NCBI GenBank assembly: GCA_947494155.1
Contig: CANLTW010000016.1
Location: 1-31,170 of the forward strand
DNA: 31,170 bases
Source: Chlamydiota bacterium
GTDB lineage: Bacteria; Chlamydiota; Chlamydiia; Chlamydiales; RGXB01
Reading direction: 5' to 3'
Shown: in pieces, positions 10,339-18,663 of the stretch
Layout: each line of letters begins with the position of its first letter
Numbering within the stretch: position 1 is the first letter of the stretch
Notes under the pieces: model-generated
What the model was told of the DNA's origin: nothing
Database searches by the model: none
The model's input: the letters and a program-made list of their open reading frames with translations, nothing else
Position numbers and translations under genes: made by a program

Positions 10339-11214
10339 ATGGTAAAAATTGGCTCTTATTTTGCATTGCCCCCCTACCCAGGTTATGCCTTTTCTGTGCC
10401 CGTGGCCTTCACCTTAATCTCCAAAATTGTGTATTCCCTTATAGCTCATCTCACAAAACTTTTGATAAACGCATTAAGTTCATTTTCAGGCTCGATCCCT
10501 TTTATCCGGAAAGCCACCCTAAAAAAAGCGGGGCATCTCCCTTTTGCTCCCCTCTTTTACCAGACCTCTTTTTTCAGACACGAGGAGCTCTCATTAACTG
10601 TTTACGACGTTTCTGGAAATGGAAACTGTTTTTTTTACTCTCTACATCTTTGTCTACAGGCGATGGATCACCCAAGTAAGAATCTTACCCCTGAAAACCT
10701 AAGAGAGGCCATGACCGATTATATTTTTAATCACCTGGGTAGTGATCCCGATATTGAACAAAATTTGCGCCTGGAATTATCGGAAATTGCAGATCAAAAA
10801 AGGGGGGAGCTGCAAACTCGGTTGCTCTCTTTAAAAGAACTAAGACAACAGGCCTTCGAAAGATCTAAAGATAGGATGTTGCCCCAAGGGATAGAGTTCT
10901 GGAGCGATGTCAGCGCCAGCTGTTTTTGCCCCAATACAAAAGACCCAGAACTAGTCGAAATGATCCGTCGTCAAACCCAAGAACTCACCTACGAGATCAG
11001 CAAACCGGGCTACTGGGTAGGTCATGTAGCCTTGGATATCATGGCAAAAATTCTGCAAATTCGTATACGCGTCCATAATCCTGCCCCCCTTTTGCCTGTG
11101 GTTTGCGAACTGGGAAACCCCTCTCATCCCCAGGTCGATCTTTTGCGAGCACCAAATCATTACCTTGCAATTATTTACGATAAAAAACGCAATTTAATCA
11201 AAAAAATGATATAA
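10339..11214 (+). CDS. OTU-family cysteine protease, putative deubiquitinase effector (OTU-1)
   Basis: Cys loop DVSGNGNCFFYSL (C97), variable-loop helix YWVGHVALDIMAKILQIRIRVH, His loop NHY (H274); hydrophobic/amphipathic N-terminus. Confidence 0.85.
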   Translation: MVKIGSYFALPPYPGYAFSVPVAFTLISKIVYSLIAHLTKLLINALSSFSGSIPFIRKATLKKAGHLPFAPLFYQTSFFRHEELSLTVYDVSGNGNCFFYSLHLCLQAMDHPSKNLTPENLREAMTDYIFNHLGSDPDIEQNLRLELSEIADQKRGELQTRLLSLKELRQQAFERSKDRMLPQGIEFWSDVSASCFCPNTKDPELVEMIRRQTQELTYEISKPGYWVGHVALDIMAKILQIRIRVHNPAPLLPVVCELGNPSHPQVDLLRAPNHYLAIIYDKKRNLIKKMI

Positions 11215-11236
11215 TAAATCTATATTATTTAAGGAG
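11207..11236 (+). promoter_or_regulatory. Putative extended -10 promoter (TGATATAAT) and RBS (AAGGAG) for OTU-2
   Basis: TGnTATAAT at 11207-11215 overlaps the OTU-1 stop; AAGGAG at 11231-11236 precedes the ATG at 11242. Confidence 0.5.
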
Positions 11237-11241
11237 TTATT

Positions 11242-12267
11242 ATGTTTAAAACTGCAGCATTATGTCTTGTTGGTTGGGGAGCTTACGCTCTGTTTTCTAA
11301 TAAAAACGGATCGACTGAAGCGAAAAACAGCTCCAGCATTTTCTCCTTATTTCGATCTTTTTTCTCAGTAGCCCCTAAACCGGCCATGCCCCTAAATCCT
11401 CCCCCAATAGGTAAAGCTCTAGAAACAAACTCACCCGTTTCTACAATCGCTTCCAAAGTTCTAACCCCCCCAGCAATACCCGCTGCGAACAACCCTCATT
11501 CCCCTAAGCCAGAAGAACCCGCATCGCCTCTGCTTCAAAACCCAAAACCCTTAAGCACCGTCGCCAGTACATCGCCTGAAAAACCAAAATCCTCTTTAAG
11601 CACCGTCGCCAGTGCATCGCCTGAAAAACCAAAATTTAAACAAACAATAATGGAGCGTGACGGAAATTGCTTTTTTCATTGTCTTGAACACCATTCTCAT
11701 ATCCCACATACAGATTTAAGAGGTTATGTACCTACATTTCTCGATGCGAATCGTACCCTCCCCGAACAAATCGCCCAAAAAATAAGAGTAGAACTAGCTG
11801 ACATAACTGCAGGGCTAGTCGAGAAAATTGAGGATTATATTTTGGTGATTCCCTGCTTGCCTCCGGGTCAAGCGATTGACCCTGAAAAGGTATTTTCGCA
11901 TGTGCCCGAATTCCAACATTTTATTCAGCTCCTTAATTTTAAGAAACAAACAAAAGAAACGGTCAAAGAATACCTCACTCGGTTGAATGAGGCTTTGAAC
12001 TGCTATGCAACAAAGCACGATCCGTTAAGCCTAGACGAGTTAAATTTATTTAAAACTCTTGTATCCGGTGATAAATTTCATGTGGGCCAGGGGGTAACAG
12101 AAATCTTGGCATGTATATTAGGGGTGGGAATCAATGTGTACGGATGGGATCAAGTTACGCTGAGTTATGTTACTCACTCTCAAGCTTGCTCCAATAGTAG
12201 AGGTGAACAAACTATTCACCTTCAAAGAGACGGCAATCACTTTAATTACCTGGAGCTTATGAAATAG
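11242..12267 (+). CDS. OTU-family cysteine protease, putative deubiquitinase effector (OTU-2), with N-terminal hydrophobic anchor and Pro/Ser-rich linker
   Basis: ERDGNCFFHCL (C143), FHVGQGVTEILACILGVGINVY and GNHFN (H333, N335). Confidence 0.85.
   Translation: MFKTAALCLVGWGAYALFSNKNGSTEAKNSSSIFSLFRSFFSVAPKPAMPLNPPPIGKALETNSPVSTIASKVLTPPAIPAANNPHSPKPEEPASPLLQNPKPLSTVASTSPEKPKSSLSTVASASPEKPKFKQTIMERDGNCFFHCLEHHSHIPHTDLRGYVPTFLDANRTLPEQIAQKIRVELADITAGLVEKIEDYILVIPCLPPGQAIDPEKVFSHVPEFQHFIQLLNFKKQTKETVKEYLTRLNEALNCYATKHDPLSLDELNLFKTLVSGDKFHVGQGVTEILACILGVGINVYGWDQVTLSYVTHSQACSNSRGEQTIHLQRDGNHFNYLELMK
11551..11635 (+). repeat. In-frame 45-bp-period tandem duplication in OTU-2 (LSTVAS[T/A]SPEKPK, two copies)
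   Basis: ttaagcaccgtcgccagt(a/g)catcgcctgaaaaaccaaaat at 11551-11590 and 11596-11635, one mismatch. Confidence 0.95.
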
Positions 12268-12330
12268 AAGCTCTAACATCCTTTGCGTGAATAGGTTCTA
12301 TCTTATTCATAATTAGGGGGTTTGCACTAT

Positions 12331-12359
12331 TTGTAATTTAATTTATTATATGTTACAAT
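12331..12359 (+). promoter_or_regulatory. Putative sigma66/70 promoter for OTU-3
   Basis: TTGTAA-N17-TACAAT, with a TG extension at 12351-12352, in an AT-rich intergenic region. Confidence 0.5.
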
Positions 12360-12381
12360 TAGAGAGAATATTTGGGGGAAT

Positions 12382-13086
12382 ATGATACCAGCAGACATTT
12401 CAAGGGAAGGGCTTAATTCCCCCCTAGAGTCTTTAAACGGGCCAGAGGCTTTGGATAAAGCCAGTTTAAAATTTATTAGCGATAATATCCAGCAACTAAC
12501 CGGCGAGCAAACAGTTGCCGGCTACTTAAAGACTGAGGAAAAATATTTTGGTAAACGCTCAGTAAAGTCCGGCCCGGTAAAGAGAACCCCGATAAACGCC
12601 CCTATTCGCTTGATCGCAAAAGACGGGAACTGTCTATTGAATGCTGTTCGGGAGGGGCTTGAGCTTAGGGTCAGCCATCAATCCCTTAGGGAAGAGGTTA
12701 TTCGACATATCGATACAAAAGCGCTCCCTTTTAAAATGGAGCTTTACGAATATTTTGATGCTTGTAGTCAAAACAACCCCCTTTTTAGGGAGTATTCGAA
12801 AGAGGCTCTTTTGGAGGCTTTGCTTAGCAACATCTCCACCGCAAGCGGAAGTAAAGAAATAATTTCCTACGCCACGACGACTTACCTCGAAAGCATAAAA
12901 AAGGACAAATCTTTTTTAGGCGGTTCAGCCCTTGAGGTTTTGCATCGCCGCTACCAGGTGAATTTGGATATAAGGGACAAAGACTTCCAAAAAATTGAGC
13001 AGTTTTACCATCCAAATTTTCGTAAAAACCTAACGTTACGCCTCAAGAATCAGCATTACGATATATTTGAGAGTAGTAAAGGCTAA
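12382..13086 (+). CDS. OTU-family cysteine protease, putative deubiquitinase effector (OTU-3)
   Basis: IAKDGNCLLNAV (C84), SHQSLREEV, FLGGSALEVLHRRYQVNLDI and QHYD (H225, D227), giving a full Cys-His-Asp triad. Confidence 0.87.
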   Translation: MIPADISREGLNSPLESLNGPEALDKASLKFISDNIQQLTGEQTVAGYLKTEEKYFGKRSVKSGPVKRTPINAPIRLIAKDGNCLLNAVREGLELRVSHQSLREEVIRHIDTKALPFKMELYEYFDACSQNNPLFREYSKEALLEALLSNISTASGSKEIISYATTTYLESIKKDKSFLGGSALEVLHRRYQVNLDIRDKDFQKIEQFYHPNFRKNLTLRLKNQHYDIFESSKG

Positions 13087-13943
13087 CTTCTCTTTTTCTT
13101 TGTTTTTTCCCTTTCATCAAGAAGTTGCCTTGCTTTAAGCAAAATTTCCTCTCCCAAGCTGATGTGAAGTGGCATCTTTTCTTTATAGAGCGCTTTCACC
13201 GAATCGTTAGATTTAGCTCTTAGAAGGGGTAGATCAGAGATAAGCAAAAGAGCTCCAATAGATAGCTTTCTATAGTATCCGCCAATAAAAATTGTTGCAC
13301 ACTCCATTTCAATCGCCTGGGACCTTGAGGTGATCAATCTCTTTTTAAATTCGGGATCAAACTCCCAAAAACGGATATTGGTGGTATGGGTGATTCCGAT
13401 ATGGTGCATCAGATGGTGGGTATCAAGGACTTGAGATATGGCGCTTGATACTGTAAAATTTGCCATGGCGGGGACGTCGGGGGAAAAATAGTGGTGGGAG
13501 GTCCCCTCTCCTCGAATCGCTGCGATGGGCATAAAAAACTCCCCCACCTTGTATTTTCGCCTCAGCCCCCCGCAAAGCCCAAGCATCAAAGCCGCTTCAA
13601 CCTTGATATAAGATAAAAGATCCACCACAAGCGCCGCAGCGGGTGATCCTATTTTGAAGTCGCAAATTGTGATCTCGTTTTTTGGGTCATGTGCCACTTT
13701 GAACATACTCCCCTCAAAAACCTCTAATCCATGCTTTTCGGCAAAATGTTGTACGTAGATGGGGAAGTTTGTCAAAAGAACCAGCGGTTGAAATAGAGAC
13801 GGGCTGCAGCCCGCATAGCGCTCCAAGGTTTGTAGAGCATATTCTTTTTCATTCAACGGCTCCTCTTCTAAAAAATGATGCTCGGTATCGTCGCTTGCTT
13901 CAACATGGGCTCTGAGCCTGCTGATATCTTCCTGATCGTCCAT
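13083..13943 (-). CDS. amn: AMP nucleosidase (short PNP/UDP-family form)
   Basis: TLERYAG, LLTNF, FKIGSPAAAL, LGLCGGLR, AAIRGEGTS, TTNIRFWEFD, IEMECAT and LLLISDLPL motifs. Confidence 0.92.
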   Translation of the reverse strand: MDDQEDISRLRAHVEASDDTEHHFLEEEPLNEKEYALQTLERYAGCSPSLFQPLVLLTNFPIYVQHFAEKHGLEVFEGSMFKVAHDPKNEITICDFKIGSPAAALVVDLLSYIKVEAALMLGLCGGLRRKYKVGEFFMPIAAIRGEGTSHHYFSPDVPAMANFTVSSAISQVLDTHHLMHHIGITHTTNIRFWEFDPEFKKRLITSRSQAIEMECATIFIGGYYRKLSIGALLLISDLPLLRAKSNDSVKALYKEKMPLHISLGEEILLKARQLLDEREKTKKKRS

Positions 13944-14195
13944 TATAATAGCAAAAAATCCGTAATTTTATTAATTTTTGTATACCCTCTCAAAGATCTT
14001 TTGTAAAGGCAAGGCTCTCATTATTTGTTTTACCCATTTTGGTTCAGCAAGATAAAATTTTCGCTTTATTTATCTGCTTTTAGTTGTTTTTTGAAAATTA
14101 AACTATATTTCTTGTTTTCTTTTTAATTAAATGATTTACTTGCAATTATTTAACGTTAATTAAACATTTAAATTTAATTATTTTTAGGAATCTTT

Positions 14196-15119
14196 ATGAG
14201 CGTAACACCCCCTATTTCGATCTCCGTTTTTGCCAAGGCGGGATGGAATTTTTTTAATCATGTGACCCCAAAGCCCACATCCGCGACCCGCATGGTAGCG
14301 ATTGGGATGATAGTGAGTGCCGTTGCGCTAGTTTTAATAGCGAAGATTTCACTATTTACAGGCCTCGCCGTGACGCTCGGTGCCTGCGCACTGGTCAATC
14401 ACGCAGACCTAAAGGCCAGCGCCGAAGCTCAAAAAGAGCTTGAAGCCAAGCTCCGCACCGGTAGCCGCGACCTCGAAGAAATACTCCAAAATATTAAACA
14501 TGAAACCCAAATCACAAGATTTCAAAAAGGGGAATTCATAGAACAGTCCTCGAACCTGGGATTAGTCATTGCACAAATAAAACAGCATTCGGATGCTTTG
14601 GATAGTTCGATTGAAACGCTTAAAACAACCTCTTCAAATTTTGATTCTAAACTTAATAAACACGAAAGCAATTTCAAACTTCTAGACAAAACAATTGAAG
14701 ACAGTCAGAAAAAAATATCTGCAATTCAGATAAGCAACGAAAAGTTTGAAGAAAACACGAAATCTTTTCAAGAAAACATCGATGTTTTAAAGAAAGAATT
14801 ATTAACTTTAGAGTCGATAAAAATTCAAATCAAGGAAGTTTACACGAAAATACATGAACTGCAGGATGAAAGTCGCAATAGCGTTGAAACCATGAGCTCA
14901 ATAACTAGAGAAACTGCCTCCCGATTAGAAGCTGTAGCTTCTACTTTGGAACAAAATTTTCCTTTGTTTAGTCGAATTGAAACCATGGATAAGAGGTTGA
15001 GCGAATGCTGGGAGCTAACGCAGAGAATTCGTCAGGAGCAGCAGGCTCCACGAGTGGCTCCGGCGCAGCAGTTCCAGCAGGTCGTTAGGACAGCTGCCGG
15101 GATGCAATACCGCCGCTGA
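14196..15119 (+). CDS. IncA-like inclusion membrane protein candidate (bilobed hydrophobic domain plus long coiled coil)
   Basis: Hydrophobic hairpin at about aa 33-68 broken by KIS, followed by about 200 aa of heptad-rich sequence; Ser/Pro-rich N-terminus without a Sec signal. Confidence 0.7.
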   Translation: MSVTPPISISVFAKAGWNFFNHVTPKPTSATRMVAIGMIVSAVALVLIAKISLFTGLAVTLGACALVNHADLKASAEAQKELEAKLRTGSRDLEEILQNIKHETQITRFQKGEFIEQSSNLGLVIAQIKQHSDALDSSIETLKTTSSNFDSKLNKHESNFKLLDKTIEDSQKKISAIQISNEKFEENTKSFQENIDVLKKELLTLESIKIQIKEVYTKIHELQDESRNSVETMSSITRETASRLEAVASTLEQNFPLFSRIETMDKRLSECWELTQRIRQEQQAPRVAPAQQFQQVVRTAAGMQYRR

Positions 15120-15133
15120 TTTCAACGAAGCTT

Positions 15134-15164
15134 CCCCCCCCTTTTCTAAAGGGGGGCTTTTTTT
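15134..15164 (+). terminator. Intrinsic terminator after the Inc-like gene
   Basis: ccccccttt-tct-aaagggggg stem followed by a T run. Confidence 0.8.
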
Positions 15165-15290
15165 CTCCCCTTGCCCAGCTTTGGCAACACCCTTTTTTAG
15201 ATTTTTTTTTCAAAATGAGTTTCCGTGGTAAATTTAGCTCTATTGTGTTACCCTCTTATGGAGAAAAACTAAAAAAAGAAAGGTCCATCC

Positions 15291-15863
15291 ATGAGCGATA
15301 TCGGCATGAACGATCTAAAGGCCGGAACAAAGGTTGAGTATGAGGGGAACCCCTTCAACGTGATCTCTAACCAATTTGTCAAACCGGGAAAGGGTCAGGC
15401 TTTTAATCGAGTACGCATCAAAAATTTACGCAACGGCAAAGTGATTGAGGTTACCTTCAAATCCGATGAAAAAATCAAGATTGCGGACGTGGAAGAGCGC
15501 TCCATGCGCTTCACCTATAAAGACACCGATAGCGCCGAATTTATGGATGATGAAACCTTTGACCAGGTCTCTATCCCTCTAGAAATTATTGGAGATGACC
15601 AGCAATGGCTCAAAGAGGACATCGTTTATGAAGTTGTCTTTTACGAGGGTAATGCCCTGACAATTCAACCCCCTACTTTCATGAACCTTAAAATCTCTGA
15701 AACCCATGATGCGGTCCGCGGCGATACAGCCACGGGGGGCAGAATTACCAAAGAGGCTAAATTGGAGACAGGAGCTATTGTGCAAGTCCCTATCTTCATC
15801 GACCAGGATGAGACTGTAAAAATAGATACGCGCACCGGAGAGTATGTCTCAAGGGCTAACTAA
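15291..15863 (+). CDS. efp: Elongation factor P
   Basis: VKPGKGQAF loop, RGDTA, LETGAIVQVPIFI and KIDTRTGEYVSR motifs. Confidence 0.97.
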   Translation: MSDIGMNDLKAGTKVEYEGNPFNVISNQFVKPGKGQAFNRVRIKNLRNGKVIEVTFKSDEKIKIADVEERSMRFTYKDTDSAEFMDDETFDQVSIPLEIIGDDQQWLKEDIVYEVVFYEGNALTIQPPTFMNLKISETHDAVRGDTATGGRITKEAKLETGAIVQVPIFIDQDETVKIDTRTGEYVSRAN

Positions 15864-16761
15864 AATCTCCTCAAAAGAGATTGTGAAAAAACGGGCCGAT
15901 TTTTTCCAAAATATCCGCTCGTTTTTTTCTCTGAAGGGGATTTTGGAGGTCGATACTCCAGTGCTCCTCTCTTTTCCCCCAAATGATGCGAATATTGAGA
16001 TCATGTCGGTCGAGACTAAGCTCCAGAAACGCTACTTGACCTCCTCTTGCGAATACCTCATGAAGAGGCTTTTAGCCTCGGGCTCTGGGGATATCTTCCA
16101 GCTTTGCCACGTCTATAGAGATAATGAAATCGGCCGGCTCCATAGCCCCTTTTTCACAATGCTTGAGTGGTACAGGACCGACCTTCCTCTCGAATCTCTG
16201 ATTCAAGAGGTGTTAGAACTCATCCAATTTTTAGGAATCTCTGGGGAAATCGAAAGGGGAAGCTACCAGACAAGATTTTTAAAAGCGACTGGGTTAGATC
16301 CACTAAATACAGATCGCTCAAGCCTGATCCAAAAACTTGAAGGGAAGATCTACCAATCCGAAAATTTGGAATTTGATGAACTTATAGATGCCGTTTTTGT
16401 CACCTTCGTCGAACCTACCTTCCAAAAAGGGGTGCAAATTATCGATACCTTTCTTCCGCACCAGGCCGCGTTAGCCAAGATTCGGGATTTCGAAGCGCTC
16501 CGATTTGAAATCTATATCGATGGCGTTGAGGTCGCAAATGGCTATGAGGAGTTGAACGATCCTCATGAAATCCAGTCAAGATTCGATTCTTGGAATCAAA
16601 AAAGGGAAATACCCCTTGAGGTCGACCCTAGATTTCTTAACTCTCTTGAAGATCTCCCCGCTGTAAGCGGTGTTGCGGTTGGCGTAGACCGCCTCCTTTT
16701 TTTAAAAGAAAAAGCTGAAACCTTGAGTTCGATCCTTCTGTTTGACTTTCACTCCTGCTAA
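15844..16761 (+). CDS. epmA: EF-P (R)-beta-lysine ligase (EpmA/GenX/PoxA)
   Basis: LysRS-like catalytic domain only: LEVDTP, EYLMKRLLA, FTMLEWY, RFEIYIDGVEVANGYEEL and GVAVGVDRL. Overlaps efp by 20 nt. Confidence 0.93.
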   Translation: MSQGLTKISSKEIVKKRADFFQNIRSFFSLKGILEVDTPVLLSFPPNDANIEIMSVETKLQKRYLTSSCEYLMKRLLASGSGDIFQLCHVYRDNEIGRLHSPFFTMLEWYRTDLPLESLIQEVLELIQFLGISGEIERGSYQTRFLKATGLDPLNTDRSSLIQKLEGKIYQSENLEFDELIDAVFVTFVEPTFQKGVQIIDTFLPHQAALAKIRDFEALRFEIYIDGVEVANGYEELNDPHEIQSRFDSWNQKREIPLEVDPRFLNSLEDLPAVSGVAVGVDRLLFLKEKAETLSSILLFDFHSC

Positions 16762-16764
16762 TAG

Positions 16765-18429
16765 CTAGTAGATCTCGTCAATCTGTTTTGTAGATAAAGT
16801 GAGCGGCTTGCGACGCCCTATCCCAAAAGATTTCACCGAAACCCTCAGAGGAGGCGCCGATTGTCTCCGCTTAGACTCAGCCATGTAGATTTTTTTCACC
16901 AAAGCCTCAACGATCGATTTTTCTATATGGGTATCTTTTGTAATTTGTTCTACAGTTTTAGACTCTTCAATATATCCGGTCAAAACCTTGTCAACCACCA
17001 GGTAATCGATCCCCTCCTCTCCATGTTTGGGATGGTATCTCTCCTCATGGGTGGGGGTCCGATCAATTGTTTCACGAGGGATACATTCGTAACGTCTATT
17101 GATCCACTCACAAAGCTCATACACCTGGCTTTTTTTCACGTCTGCAATCACCCCAAGAGCGCCGCACATATCTCCATAAAGCGTACAAAAACCTAAAGCC
17201 ATTTCACTTTTGTTAAGATTATTTAACAACAAAGCCTCCGATTGGTTGGAAAAAGCCATTAAAAGAGCCCCCCGCACTCTCGACTTCAGACTCTCCAGGG
17301 TCTTCGGTTTCATCTCGTGCATCGTATTTTCCATCGCTTTTTTATACACATCCACGATCGGATCAATTTCGAGTTCAAAATATTGAATACCCAGGTTTTT
17401 CACCAGCTTCTCCACCCCCTTTTTTTGTGAGGAGTGTGTTTTTTTAGAGGGTAAAAAATATCCGGTGACATTCTCTTTGCCCAAAGCCTCGGCTGCAAGG
17501 ACGGCTACCAAGGCTGAGTCGACTCCCCCTGAAAGACTTACCAGCGCTTTTTTGAACCCTGTTTTATGAAAATAGTCCTTAATCCCTAATTTTAGCGCCT
17601 CATATAAATCATGCATAGGGTCAAATGTAAGATTCAAGGGGCGCTCGGCGACCTCGGTATCAATAAAAATCCGGTCCTCAACAAAACCTTTGCCAAGCTT
17701 AAGCAGCTTCTGGTCTTTACTGACGTACATGCTGTAGCCATCAAAAATCAGCTCCGAATTCGCCCCCACCTGGCAACAATAAACCACCGGGCATTTGAGC
17801 GTCTCAGCAGCCCTTTGACAAACCTTAAGACGGGTGTCTATCTTCATGTACTGGTAGGGAGACGCGGTCAGATTGACCAGAACCTCTGGCCTGTAATCAA
17901 CAAGCTCTCTTACCGGATCTCTTGGATAGGTGGACTTTATGATATCGGAGGCGTTTTGCCACATATCCTCACAAATAATCACCCCAACCCTTTTTCCAAA
18001 TATCTCCCAGACGTGCATATCGTGACCGGGGGAAAAATATCTCCTTTCACTAAAAACGTCATAGTGGGGTAAGAGCCATTTGTCCTGAAACCCTAAAAGG
18101 CGACCATCGCAAATTATCGCGGCCGAATTCAGAAGACCCTTCTCCCCGTATCTTGAACTGCGGCGCGCTAGCCCCACAGTTACCGCTATCCCTTTGGAGG
18201 CCTTTACAATCTGATCCAAACACACACTCATCGCATCTAAAAAACTGGGGTGCAATAGCAGGTCTTCAGGGGCGTAGCCACAAATTGATAGCTCCGGAAA
18301 CACTAAAAGCTCTATATGATCTTTTTTAGCCCTTTCGATAGCGTCAAGATGCTTTTGGGTATTGTACTTAAGATTCCCAATCACTGGGTTCATCTGGTAC
18401 ATTTCGATTTTCATGAAGCCGACCCTCAA
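16765..18429 (-). CDS. nadE: Glutamine-dependent NAD+ synthetase-like protein (nitrilase plus synthetase domains); synthetase motifs partly degenerate
   Basis: FPELSICGY, K..LPHYDVFSERRYF and ICEDMW; LSGGVDS, NKSE, TLYGDM and KRRQ. Confidence 0.88.
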   Translation of the reverse strand: MRVGFMKIEMYQMNPVIGNLKYNTQKHLDAIERAKKDHIELLVFPELSICGYAPEDLLLHPSFLDAMSVCLDQIVKASKGIAVTVGLARRSSRYGEKGLLNSAAIICDGRLLGFQDKWLLPHYDVFSERRYFSPGHDMHVWEIFGKRVGVIICEDMWQNASDIIKSTYPRDPVRELVDYRPEVLVNLTASPYQYMKIDTRLKVCQRAAETLKCPVVYCCQVGANSELIFDGYSMYVSKDQKLLKLGKGFVEDRIFIDTEVAERPLNLTFDPMHDLYEALKLGIKDYFHKTGFKKALVSLSGGVDSALVAVLAAEALGKENVTGYFLPSKKTHSSQKKGVEKLVKNLGIQYFELEIDPIVDVYKKAMENTMHEMKPKTLESLKSRVRGALLMAFSNQSEALLLNNLNKSEMALGFCTLYGDMCGALGVIADVKKSQVYELCEWINRRYECIPRETIDRTPTHEERYHPKHGEEGIDYLVVDKVLTGYIEESKTVEQITKDTHIEKSIVEALVKKIYMAESKRRQSAPPLRVSVKSFGIGRRKPLTLSTKQIDEIY

Positions 18430-18663
18430 ACTTTAGGCAAAAAGCCTCTTTTTTCTCTCCATGCCAGTTTTTATAAGGCGAATCAAGAGGTTTCCTGCCC
18501 CTTAAATCTACCCTATTTATTTTGTGTTAGTTAGGAAAACATGGGCCGGACGGGGAGATTTTTGATACAAGGGTCTAGGCCTATCTACTCTATTTTTAAA
18601 AAAGCACCTTCCATAATAATAAAAATCTATTTACCTTTAGATTTTGTAACAATGTTGGGTCGT

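Noticed and set aside
14400..15050. Methyl-accepting chemotaxis or SMC-like protein
   Set aside because: There is no MCP hairpin signature or Walker motif; a generic coiled coil after a bilobed hydrophobic domain fits an Inc better.
15844..16761. Truncated lysyl-tRNA synthetase pseudogene
   Set aside because: The missing anticodon domain and linkage to efp are the normal EpmA architecture.
16861..18534. Plus-strand ORFs 16861-17196, 17611-18072 and 18316-18534
   Set aside because: Antisense shadows of nadE.
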